Below, piece after piece: positions 52,465 to 64,000 of a DNA stretch of 64,000 nucleotides; positions within the stretch are counted from its first letter, which is position 1, and the number at the start of each line of letters is the position of its first letter. The notes under the pieces are model-generated. The model did not search any database. It saw only the letters and a program-made list of their open reading frames with translations, and was not told the origin of the DNA. Source of the stretch: Catajapyx aquilonaris (Eukaryota); the NCBI GenBank assembly GCA_000934665.2, contig KZ537962.1, positions 124,001 to 188,000 of the forward strand, given 5' to 3'. The position numbers and the translations under genes are program-made.

Positions 52465-53898
52465 GCACATTTCCTTCTGTCGGACTTCATCGAAGTATTT
52501 TTCAAGTGTTTGTTTTGTGTTACCACATACCATAAGTCAGTAAAAACACCAAAGATATACAGTGTGAATAAGTGTCATTTCCATTTGCTCTTTCCTACAT
52601 TTTGCGGAGATTGCAATCACGCTAACAAGTGGATGCGGGGGTAAAAGTAGCTGTCCCAAGCATCTTGGTATAGGCACTGCAGGCTGTGTCACTTGTTATA
52701 GTCAATTGAAAGCATCCCACAAATTGTGCATTAATTAACAGTTTAGGCTAGTCAGCAATAAAGCCTGGGAACTGAGAGGATCCACAATGAAACAAAAAAC
52801 AGCACTGAGAAATAATTATTGTTGCACTACCCTTGCAGACACAATTGATGTCAAATTAAAAGGTATCACAATTTTAAATTTGGTATTTATTTATTTATTT
52901 ATTACTCTGCTGGATGCCAGAGAATGGGATTTATGCTGTGAAGTAAATGAAATTTATTTACTGCACATACCCTGAGATAATATTTCAAAATTTTTGTAAC
53001 ACGCCAACAACAGACTAAAAACAAAATAATGTAACTTACACATTTTTTCCTTTAATTTCCCTGGAGATGTTAATGATTATTTTAAAATAATGAGACAACA
53101 TCTTTTCATCAATATCTTCACGAGGGGAGAATGTCTCTCAGATATAACAGGAAGTTACTGTTTGAGTCACCTTTTCTTACGCATATCTGATCATTCAGTG
53201 AGGCATTCATAACTCATTTCCAGATTTAATTTGTTGTTTTTAAATTCGGGTCAGTTGATTCAGGATTGTTACAGAGCACTCTCTTCTCAGATAACTCAGC
53301 AGGAAACATAAAGGTGCAGGATAGGGTGGAGGGTTACATGAGGTGACCCTTGCACAGCTAAATTATTAGAAGTCACTTTATTTTTATGCAAGGCCCTTGG
53401 ATCACTATGGATTTTTCTGAAACATAATGACCGACATTTTCCCATTATATTGTCTGTCACAATATCAGCCAATAACTGAAGGGTCATACAAAAGCCCATC
53501 CTTGTGCCAACATTTAAATGCAATGGTGACTCATTGTCTGGAAATGAAATCAAGAGACATCCACTTCATATGGACAAGGCATATAAAATCTTGAACATTT
53601 TAGCATGAAGTCCCCCAGGTGAAAATAGGTTCAATCCCATCACTGATTTCATTTAAATCACAGCATTATTTTGGGTTGCATCTTGAAATGATTACCCTGT
53701 ACGCTGTCATTAAAATGCCACTTACACTGCAGGTATTATCTTTATTTCGTCAGCTAATAGTTCAGTAGATATTCCAAGTTTGAACTAAATCTATCACCAA
53801 GTACCTGACACCTAATGGTTCATAGATCCTGTACTAAACTGCCCCAGCATGTCTCACTTATCACTTGTTTGAGGTGGAATTGTACAGGTGATTCCTAA

Positions 53899-54072
53899 GG
53901 CCGGGCGCAAACGGGGCGACTTGGAGGGGAGACAGCTTGGAGGCGATAAGTTTCTCCCATGGAAGAAAATTGTCTCCTGGCAGGTGGTGATCCCCTGCCC
54001 ACACGCTGTATGTGTCCCGGCTGGATGTGCAGGCAATAAGTTTCTCCCGAATTCCCCTGCTTGCGCCCGGCC
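53899..54072. mobile_element. PIF/Harbinger MITE
   Basis: TAA TSD; TIR GGCCGGGCGCAA / TTGCGCCCGGCC. Confidence 0.8.
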
Positions 54073-55040
54073 TAATAGTTTTCCCGCTGCTGACTGAGGA
54101 ATCATGGAGGGAGCTGCATGGACATGTCACAAAACACCTCCTGTCTGGAATTATTGTCAAAGAACTAACCAATAGAGGACATGAACCATTCATAATAGCA
54201 GATTACATGACCAGTAGTAATTCAATATTGCCCTGGATTTACTATCAATCACACAATCCACATTAACAAATATGTGAAGAATATGTAAATGTCACACAAG
54301 AGTCACTCACATGACAGTGAATCAGTCAACCTCTATTCAGACAGAGTTAAAATAAGTCCAGATAAAAATATTCAAAATATTGGGACATGATTGTCTTGTC
54401 TACAAGAGTGTCTTTAATATAGGGGCACATGTAAGTGTGAGAGTGCCAGAAGATACTCCCAATGAGAACCCTATGCAGACCATCTCAATACCATTCACTG
54501 TGTTTCACCCCTGCTTATGGCAGTTGGACTTCACAAGGTCATGAGGTCCTTTGGGAATATCTTCTGGCTCTCTTTCCACTCGGATGTGCACCAAATATCA
54601 AACATGCCCTGACTTTGCACATATTTTTATATGGACTTGTACCTGTTCGTATGGTTGACTGTCACACTTTCACCAAAGGAAACTTTGTATTTTCATGACC
54701 TGAACCTGATTAAATCGAAATCAAAATTAGTACTACTCATCTTCCTCATGTCCATCATTCTGGTTTGTTGAATGTGTGTAATGTTGGAGCCATGATCAAT
54801 GTGCTGGCCAAGGGTTCCATGAAAACCCAAAGAAAATATTACAAGCTGCAATACAATCATAGCAGGGATAACACAAGAGGCAATAAGCTCACTGGACTCA
54901 TCAAGCTGCAGAGAAACCTTGGCCACTCAAAATATGGAACAATATTTTATTAATATGAAATGAATCCTCTGGATATCAATATGAATATTCTTTGACACAA
55001 ACACACACACATTCAAATGTCATTTCCAATCAGGCTCTTC

Positions 55041-57014
55041 TCATGGATTAAAAAATTGCTGGTTGGTAAGCTTCTGCTGCACCAGTTTACTATATCCCCC
55101 TCGACCAGCGTCATAATCTGTCCGGTACTCATCCCGCACCTGAAATAATTCCAACATTGTGAATTGGAAGGGTACAATAACAGAGAAAGTCATCCACCTG
55201 TTGATTCAAATTTAGAGAGACACTAAGAATATTGATTAAGGAGAAAAGGCAAGAGATGTGTGATTTTGTGTGCAATAACATGATGCATAAAATACTTTTA
55301 CTGCACTTGCCATGATTTATTTGACCAAGACTGCTCTCTTGACTACCAAACAGGAATGGTTGCATGGTGTTTTACTTTGCTGTATTTTATTGTTCTGGCA
55401 TTGCATTTGTGAGCGAAAAATCATACAAATAAAGCATGGCAAGAGGAAGGAAGAGACAGGGAAGGAGGGGAAGGACAAAATAATTATCACCCTTTAAGTG
55501 CGGCTTAATGGTTCTGAAGGTAATATTGCTTCAGGGAGCAGGTGATTACACTAATCCAGCATTTAAATTATTTTAAAAAAATGTCCAGCATTAATTTACA
55601 GTCACTTTCATTAGGGCAGCTCCACCACTCAGCAGATGATGCTTCTTGTCCAACTTGGATATCTTTGCCCTTGGGTAACCTTTCAGTTCTTAGATCATAT
55701 TGCCTGCTTGGAATCAAGATATTTCCCAATATTTGGAGCCCAACTTGTCAAAAGCGTGCAGCATCTCTTTAAAATGTTAAAAATGGTTTCATTGTTTACA
55801 GTGTCGCTGGCATTCTTTTCAATCATCCTGTACCATTTTCACAATTCAATGTGATAGCTCTCTAATTCATTCCTACACCAAATTAACAACTAGAAACACT
55901 TAAGAAACAGCCCCTGTATGAACCACAAAAGATTATATTACAGGCCCATGACAGCAGCAGCAAATAGCTGCTGTCACAGCATTATTATAAGTGTTTAAAA
56001 AAAACTGCTTTGGTAATAGCACAATGTAACTCACCTGTCCACCACTCTTCCCTCTCCCGTACTGTCTTCCTTCAATGAAACCAGCATCCCAGTCAGTACG
56101 TATGATCCTGTCATCTAGTCTCGTCCCATTGATGTATCGCATTGCATTCTCTGCATCCGGACGTGTATAATACCTGAACTAATTAAGGTAGCAATCATAG
56201 TGCCCGGACCTGTGCACCAATTCCAAGGTATCATCAGTGGACAGGTATCTGTTGATACTTGTCCACTGACGTAGCCAGGGGAGTGGGGAGAGGCAACTGA
56301 AATCTTGGCTACGTTGTTGCACCTGTCACATGAATCCCAAATATGGAGTCCCCACATCCCTCAGCTGGACCTATTCATTCCCCCAGCCTCTCTAACACGT
56401 TTTCTATTCCCTGGTGCAATCGCATTTGAACCTCTGTCTAAACCCAGTGTTGCATTAACATGGTTCATCCCATGCATTGGAAAGTGGCTTCCCCAACAAT
56501 CTGCCCAACCAACCTATCTGGGAGGCACTGAGATGAGAGATCACCATGCTTTCAGCAACAACTAAGGATTTACGCAGTCCCACCAACAGTCCTTAGCACA
56601 CTTCATGCTACTCTAAATCTCCTTGCAACATCCACCGGCCAAAGGATACTCCATGAAACAGAATCCACAGGGCGTTTTCTTGAACTTGTCCAGGCCCATA
56701 ACAATCCTCTTGATGTCTCCACACTTGGAGAACAGCTCGTGGATCTGCTCCTCGGTGGTGAAGAAGGCCAGGTTCCCAACGTAGAGGGTGGTGGTGAGCT
56801 TGAGGAGCTTCTCCTGCTCCCCTCTCGATCCCTGCGTGGAAGACAACCAGAGCAGAGAGGATTAGCTGTGAGTGCCCTGGGGTGGGTTGCCGGGTCAGAC
56901 ACTGGACGCCACACATGCCTTGAAGTGCTGGTCCCTGTAGGAGCTGAGCTCCACGCTGACCGTCATCAACTTCTTGGCTGGCGGCTCCCCCTCCATCCTT
57001 TCCGATTCCTTCAT
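55041..57014 (-). CDS. NCBP2: Nuclear cap-binding protein subunit 2 (CBP20)
   Basis: Exons 56919-(56966, 56996, 57014 or 57170; start ambiguous), 56650-56831, 56035-56173, 55041-55139. Motifs [69 protein letters not shown]. Intron 1 is GC-AG; intron 2 is U12-type. Confidence 0.96.
56174..56649 (-). other. U12-type (minor spliceosome) GT-AG intron
   Basis: 5' site GTATCCTTT; branch-point-like ACCTTAAT about 10 nt before the AG; no polypyrimidine tract; splicing restores FCFMEYYTR. Confidence 0.9.
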
Positions 57015-57170
57015 CCAACGACGACCACCGGACACTTCTTGTTGCCGTACGGCAGGGACCGTGGCAGGGACCAAGCCCGTCGAATGTTGATGGGATGACG
57101 ATGATCGGACGATGATCACTCCTCGCTCCGATTGTTTGGGGCGCGTTCGGAACATACCAATAGACGCCAT

Positions 57171-57336
57171 TTACACGTCCCACCTACTCCGATTATAATC
57201 ACCGCCAATAAAAACACGCGTTGCAAAATATGTGGCCAATCATAGCTCAGAAATGTTTGCGCAGACGTACTGACAATGGCATGCGTAAACCGATGGTTTG
57301 CATTTGTAAGTGCTGAATGCACCCGGCTCTGCAAAT
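57171..57336. promoter_or_regulatory. Very compact bidirectional promoter NCBP2 / zinc-finger gene
   Basis: Head-to-head ORFs, two CCAAT boxes, AAATGGCG/ATATGGCG (YY1-like) at both starts. Confidence 0.6.
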
Positions 57337-58721
57337 ATGGCGTCGACTTCTTCTTCTTCTTCGACGTCGTCTGTGTCCTTTTGCTGCTTGTGCGGGGAAG
57401 AAGCGCTCCCTTCGGCCCTTCCGGAGCACCTGGCGGACCAGTTCGTGCCCATTCTCAAGGCGGCCAAAATCAAGGTACGAGCTGGCATACCGGTGACGCT
57501 TTTTGTTGATAATGTGCGTGTGCAGATGTCATTTGCATTTTGATTGATTTGATTATTATCCCGGTTAGTGTTGCTACCATTTGACTTATTCTCTTCGTTT
57601 TACAGTTTGTGGCGAAACCTGTGTTGGCCTGCATTTCTTGCCACACTAAAACGAAAGAAACAGTTGAATTCTTTTCATCTATAAAGTCAACCCAGCAGAA
57701 GTGTCTGGAGTGTGGATTCGTCTTTAAGTCAGCCAGTGGCCGCCTTGAACACCGACATTCACATCCATCACCGAGCTTGGTCTGTGAGATCTGCGGCCGG
57801 ACCTTTCACTACCGCCGTAGTCTCAAAGCCCATCTAGCCTCCCACGACCCTGCCCGTCCTTTTACCTGCGAAGAATGTGGGCGCGCCTTTCGGGATCGCA
57901 CCAACCTTATGTCACACCTGCGTACTCATACAGAATTAAAGCCATTTCGTTGTTCGCAGTGTCCAGACTCTTTTGGGAAGCGCAGCAATCTCCAAAGACA
58001 TATTCAACGGAAGCATTCAGGCTCTTCAAACTACAAGTGCCATTGTGGAAAGTCGTTTGCAGTAGAATCTGACTTAACTGAACATGCCCAGACCCACAGC
58101 TTAGAGCGGACACATCATTGTCGCTTGTGTGATAAATCATTTAAGTTTGCTAATGGTTTGCGAAAACACATGGAATGGCATAAGGGGGAGGCCAAACATC
58201 AGTGTTCTGAGTGTGGGAGGAAATTCCGAGACAGTGGCAACATGCTCAAGCATGTTCGGTTACATGCCAAGAAGCGGGAATCAGTGAAACCGGCTCCAGT
58301 TGAGAGTGCACAATTGGCTAGTGTCATAGTACCCCCACAGTGCAGCCAGACACGGCGGGTTATAGTGAGCCCAACTCCATGGAGTGGCAGGAGTGCAACC
58401 CAACAGGTCATAGTGTACAACACTGCCCGTCCCACAGGGCAGCCCTCACAGGTAATAACTTATGCCAACAACTCAGACTCAGGGCGGACTCAGAATCCAA
58501 CCCCAAACATAGTGTTTGGATCAACTGATCAAGTGATGGGTTACCAGCCCTGCATTTCCAACCCCAAAATCTCAGTGCCTGTGATTCAAGGATACCAAAC
58601 AGAGCTTCTGGACTCTGAGGTGGAGAACTTGCTGGAAAACTTTGAAGAGACCAGAGAGATTATTGTCCCAAATGTGGGTCTGGAGCGGGACATGTATCCA
58701 TTTGACATCAGTTACTTGTGA
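57337..58721 (+). CDS. C2H2 zinc-finger protein (7 fingers) with ZAD-like N-terminus
   Basis: Exons 57337-57474 and 57606-58721 (phase 0). CCLC...CISC N-terminal cysteine pairs, seven C2H2 fingers with linkers such as HTELKPF, acidic C-terminus, AATAAA at ~58745. Confidence 0.9.
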
Positions 58722-59435
58722 CCATGGATGTTGTCATTTTAGTTAATAAAGAATTGAAGTGTAATTTGTGAATGTGTTGCAGATTCGAAACATTCTCATT
58801 TCTACATATCCAAACATATTGGATTGCCAGGTACTGACACAGGAAATGAAGAGTCAAGGGCAGAGGGACAAAATGTGCTATAAATCATGTAGGGTCTAGG
58901 TACTGTAGCTATGAAGGTGTGTTACATTTTTTACGATACAATACCCTATTAGCACCATGTTTTGTGCATCTCAGGGTTATTGCTTAACTACAGTAGTGAA
59001 CCCATTGCCAAATTTTGGCAACACTGACTGTCTCCCCCCACTTGGATGTAGCCACTACCAGTTGGTGCATAGATGCTCCCTCTGCACACTACTGCCGCTC
59101 TGCCACTCTCAGGAGGAAAGTAGTACTACATGCATGTTGGTGATGAGTCATTGCAAGGTCAAAGCAAGGGCAGTCTTGCCCTTGGTCTTGCCTCCATTGA
59201 AGTGTGTCCCAAGGTGGGACACACTTGGTTGGTCCTCATGTTCGCTATAGTCCAACCTCCTGTCCTCTATAGAGAGTGAACCTGTTGGGTCCTGTCATTA
59301 TTGAACGGGGAAAGTGATGACCATAAGACCGAGGTAATAACTATGGTAACTACGTGCAGCCAGTAGCTAGGACCTAGGTGATGACTCAACACATTTAGGG
59401 ACTGAGTTACATCTAGCAAATTCTGAATATGAGCG

Positions 59436-61000
59436 GGAGGATCATTCTGCTACGTGACTTATTATCCATGAGGATGATTAATCTGCTAGGTGAATTATTA
59501 TTACTAGACACGATCAGGATTAAACCTCTAGGTGAATTACGCATTATAATCATGAGGATTAATCCGCTAGGTGAAATATCAGTATGCAACAAAAATGAAC
59601 ATTTTTCTGTCCATGAAACTTCATCGCCATATTCGTAGGCCACTCGTAACTAATAATGACCATTCATTTTGTCTTCGATTTGTTTTTGACCTCTGGACAG
59701 TCAAAAAACAAAAATCCTCAAATATAGCGGTTTTCCCAATCACGCGGGCCTAAAGTTTGCTAGACCATCTCGGATTTTGCTGAAAGAAATCACACCTATG
59801 CATACCTGATGCATACCTATGCCATAATGCTGCATATCAAGTTTCAGCCAAATTGCGAGATACTGTGGGGAGGGAAAAAATCTCGAGATTTTGAAAAGGG
59901 GGCTTTTTTGGATAAATTTTTTTTCGGTTATTGGACGTGGTCAAAACCCAATGAACATGTACATCAAATGAAAGAGAAACGCGAGTAGAATGCGACTATT
60001 GAATTTGTTTTTCTGGAAAATGCACTCAGAAAAACTAGGTCACATGCTCAGTGACATGTACTATCGGGTTCAAATACTTTTGGCCACTTTATCCTGGTCT
60101 TGAAGCAACCCTTCGCACTGTCAGACGCCACGTCAAGGAGGCGTGTGTGTGGGTGTGAGTGTGTGTGTGAAGGGTTGCTTCAAGACTAGGATAAAGTGGC
60201 CAAAAGTATGTTTAGACCCCCAACAATTAGTGATCTGTTAGCGTACTAAGAGCAGCCATATTTGGTGACACGAGTTGTGACCCATATCAGATTCAATATG
60301 TTCAGTTTCAATCATGGGTCATGCATGGCTCGCGAGATTTTGTTTGCCGAATTACCATTAATTTTAATGGAGCCAAATTCTTGGACATGTGACTGATGAA
60401 ATGCCACACGTGTTTTTCTGCATGCATTTTCGAGAAAAACAAATTCCATGGACGCATTCTACTTGCGTTTCCCTTTCATATGATGTATATGTTGATTGGA
60501 TTTTGACCACTTCCAATAACCGAAACAAATTAGGCCCGATTGTCAAAATTGCGTGATTTTTTTTCCCTCCCCACGGTATTTCGCAATTTGGCTGAAACTT
60601 GATGTGCAGTGTTCTGGCATAGGTGTGTACAGCTGTGAATATTTTCAGAAAAATCCGAGATGGTCTAACAACATTTAGGCCCACTTGATTGGGGGGAAAA
60701 ACTGCCATATTTGAGGACTTCGGGTTTTTTTGACTGTCCCGAGGTCAAAAACAAATCGAAGACAAAATGAGTCCTCATTATGAGTTACTTGTGACCTAAG
60801 GAACACGAACATGACGATGAATTTCCGTGGACAAATATTGTGTTGCATATCCACGATGAGGATTATTATCCGTGAGGAGGATTAATCTGCTAGATGGATT
60901 ACTAGCCATGAGGAGGATTAAACCTCTCGGTGAATTATTATAATCATGAGGATTAATCCGTTAAGTGAATTTTTATTAGCCACGAGGAGAATTAAACCGC
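59436..61000. repeat. Degenerate minisatellite (core GAGGATTAATCYGCTAGGTGAATTATTA) split by a foldback element
   Basis: Same-orientation units at ~59436-59580 and ~60852-61000. Confidence 0.7.
59583..60849. mobile_element. Foldback-type element with ~470-bp inverted arms and an internal hairpin
   Basis: Arm 59583-60060 is the reverse complement of 60384-60849 (for example TCATTTTGTCTTCGATTTGTTTTTGACCTC / GAGGTCAAAAACAAATCGAAGACAAAATGA). Inner palindrome at 60066-60219. Confidence 0.85.
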
Positions 61001-61543
61001 TTTGCATAAACGTTTATCCTGACAGTCCATAGCCACCCGTTAGCCACTTTTGTGCGGAGTGGAGCCTAACTTTCAGGATGAAATCATGATAAGAAATCTT
61101 GATCGTTTTTTGCCGCAACTTTTATGTATACAAAAAACCTATGACGCCATCATTATGTCAGCTCTTTTTTCACTGGTAGCACTTTTCTCAAATTGAAAAA
61201 TAATTATGAGGCCAAGAAGCAAGGTTGTTTACCGATCTCATATGCATTTGCTATAAAACCTCTTCGCCTTGACACTTCCAGCGCACGTGCAACATTATTC
61301 ACAGACGCCTAAGAGTTACCGTATAATAAAAAAAGCAGCCCACAAGGAAATGAAAACCATATCACGCCTGTCTTCCACAATAATATTCTAAGCCGAACAC
61401 GTATTTCATAACCTTCTGGCGAGAATAAGACCTTGAGGATTCCAGCTGACAAGCCGGTAAAAATGCGGTACTTGGAGCCCCATATCCAAGATGGGTTTTT
61501 GCTTCAACCGAGGCTGGATACTGTATCCGAAGGCTCGTGAAAA

Positions 61544-64000
61544 ATGGACTTGTGGGGGTTGATTACTGCAATAATTTTTGTGTCATTATTACCTGATGAA
61601 GTGCACGGTAAGATTAGTGCAGGAGTGATGATTATGTGGTTGTTGTTTTTCTCGTAGGTAAGTAATAGTTTCTTATTGTTGTTGTTTTTCACACAGGTAA
61701 TAGCTCAGTGTTTGGAAGACGTCAATTCATCTTACCGACGATAAATATATCTCCGCCTTCTTTCAATAATCTCTTTGCATGGTTAAATCCAAAGAGCAAA
61801 ATTCATTACCTTTTGTGGACCAGGTAAATATTTGACACTTTATTTTAGTTGAGTTTTTTAAATACTTATTTGCACGGTTCTTTGTCAATTTCGGCTTTGC
61901 AATGGTTTCTTTCTATTTATTACTTTTCTGCAATTTACCAACCAGTTCTTTGTTATCAGTGCTGCGTTTTTAAATGCTCAGATAAGAAAGTTGTGCCTTG
62001 GTAAACCGCGAAATTTTTCTAAAGCTCAAGCTAAAAATGAATCGCATATTGAAGTGTCCGGTTTTGTCTGGAATGATGGCGTCTCATTCACAATTTTTCA
62101 CGGATGACTGAGGTGGTATTGAGGCAAGACCCATTTAATAGGATGATAACAAACCGACACGAAACGTAGTAAACTGTTCATATCTACCAGGCACTGAATT
62201 TGACAGTCTTCCTGCCTTTTCATATTATGACATAAGAACCAGCAAACTAGAAATCCGTCTCACACTATCATATCAAATTGTCATTCAAGCATTATCTGCC
62301 ACATCATTCAAGCACGCAATGATTCAATGACTCAGTAAAAGTCTGGCATTGAAAATTACTGGGTCAATATCAACCTTCACAATATGCCATGTAATTATGC
62401 AGGTTCGAATAAAAGTATACCCCCCATAATGACGCCGGTTTACCCATACAAAAAACCCGGCAACAGACACATACCCTGACCTAAATCGACTTTCACCATG
62501 ACCTCAGCACTAGTAAGTGGAAGGCGAGACCAAACGTCAATAATAATGTCTTTTTCTCAGAGACAATACCGAAGTGCCCATAGAACTTTACACTGGAGAC
62601 GCCCGAGTACTGAGGTCTAGCCGGTTCAATTCGACCAATCCGACCAAAATAATAATCCATGGATTTGCAGATAACGGAAGGACAGAACCCTGGCTTCTGG
62701 AGCTCAAAGATGGTAAGTTTTTTTTTTCTTTTGTCAAGGTTGTGTGACAATGTCACCTATTCTGATGGCACTGAGGCGTCACGCTCTTTTGTACCACTGA
62801 TGTAAACCAGCTTTTGATGAATTCAAGGTTGGAAACCTTGACGGCCTTTTCGTGTCGACAAGGTCTCTTCGGGTGTCTCTTATACGGCTAGTTAATGGGC
62901 GGGGAAGTAACAAGAATGACTGTGTAATGTATTGCATAATTGCTTTTTTGTGGTGGATCCTGCACAGAACTTCTTACCTACGGTCCATGCAATCTAATCT
63001 CGGTGGACTGGACTGCCTTGGCCATGGTGCCCCTCTACCACACCGCTGCGGCCAACACTGAACTGGTTGCCAATGAGCTGTCCTTCTTCCTGGACTTCCT
63101 CTCTGCTCAAAGAGCTGTTACCTTGCCAGATCTTCATGTGATAGGGTTCAGCTTAGGGTCTCATGTGGCAGGGATAGCTGGAAAGAGAGTGAGAAGTGGG
63201 AAGCTGGGTCGCATAACTGGTATGAGATATGCATCACTTTACCTAATCCGTATGTCAAAAAGTCAGTGATGTAGCAGGTCATAAGTCGATCCAACTGCCC
63301 TTTACCTCATCCACAGCATTAGATCCAGCACATCCTGCTTTCCGGTTTCTAGACAACCAGTTTAAACTTCACAAAAGTGATGCTCTGTTTGTGGATGTCA
63401 TCCATACCACTGCATCAAAAAATTTGATCAAAGGAGTTGGGATGCTTGAGCCACTGGGACATGTTGACTTCTATCCAAATGGAGGAACCATTCCTCAGCC
63501 GGGATGTGAATCTCCAACCCTGTCCCTTTCTGATCACATACAAAGTAGGTGCCACAAGAGTACAGTAAGTATTTATTCTTGGCCCTTGTCGATCAGGAGA
63601 TAGGGAGAGATTGTCTGGGAAATTATGATGCTGTGCTTGGATACTGAAATTCCAGTTGCAGACACCAACGGCATGCCATTGACCATGACTTGATAAGTTT
63701 CTGCATATGTGTCTTGTTACTCATATTAAAAAGTAATGTGGCATTTGGCCATCAGTATTGCAAGACAAGCAGCATCCACAATAAGTGATACCAATAATAT
63801 TTACCAACAGCAGTATTAATCACTGTTCTTGTGTGCAGCTATCATATGTAGTCATCGGAGAGCCATTCATCTCATCACGGATTCAGTTAATTCTCAAGTG
63901 CCAATCCTTGGCTGTCATTGCCAGGATCTAAATTTAGTTCTAGCGAAGTCATGTCGCTGTGGGAGAAGCAATGACCTGGTGCCCTTGGGTGTGCATACAC
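61544..64000 (+). CDS. Secreted pancreatic-lipase/phospholipase A1-like protein, 3' end outside window
   Basis: Exons 61544-61607 (hydrophobic signal peptide), 61697-61823, 62561-62712 (PTKIIIHGF), 62968-63219 (ISVDW, HVIGFSLGSHVAG), 63317-63544 (LDPA, FVDVIHT, GHVDFYPNGG.QPGC), 63839-64000 (CSHRRA). Ser-Asp-His triad intact. Candidate TATAAAA at 61252. Confidence 0.93.

Noticed and set aside
59436..61000. Repeated GAGGATTAATC units as a CRISPR array
   Set aside because: Units are degenerate and irregular with no unique spacers, no cas genes, and the context is eukaryotic.

Overview
Eukaryotic, intron-rich genomic DNA, most likely from an arthropod (RhoL-type GTPase, ZAD-like zinc finger, many 60-90 nt introns). 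Eight protein-coding genes were reconstructed by hand from translated exons and splice sites: NME7 (-, runs off the left edge), MO25/CAB39 (+), choline-phosphate cytidylyltransferase PCYT1 (-), importin-5 (-), a RhoL-like GTPase (+), NCBP2/CBP20 (-), a ZAD-like 7xC2H2 zinc-finger gene (+) and a pancreatic-lipase-like gene (+, runs off the right edge). Introns and intergenic DNA contain a tRNA-derived V-SINE-like family, several MITEs, transposase relics and a 1.3-kb foldback element. Most notable: (1) two inverted ~690-bp transposon copies tightly bracket IPO5 exons 15-16 (591 nt, phase 0 to phase 0, stop-free), a typical circRNA/exon-skipping architecture; (2) PCYT1 appears to have three alternative phase-0 first coding exons, only one with a clear basic NLS-like motif; (3) NCBP2 has a GC-AG intron followed by a U12-type intron; (4) a SINE insertion duplicated the candidate NME7 start codon. 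All calls come from reading the sequence only; no database search or expression data were available, and coordinates may be off by a few bases.
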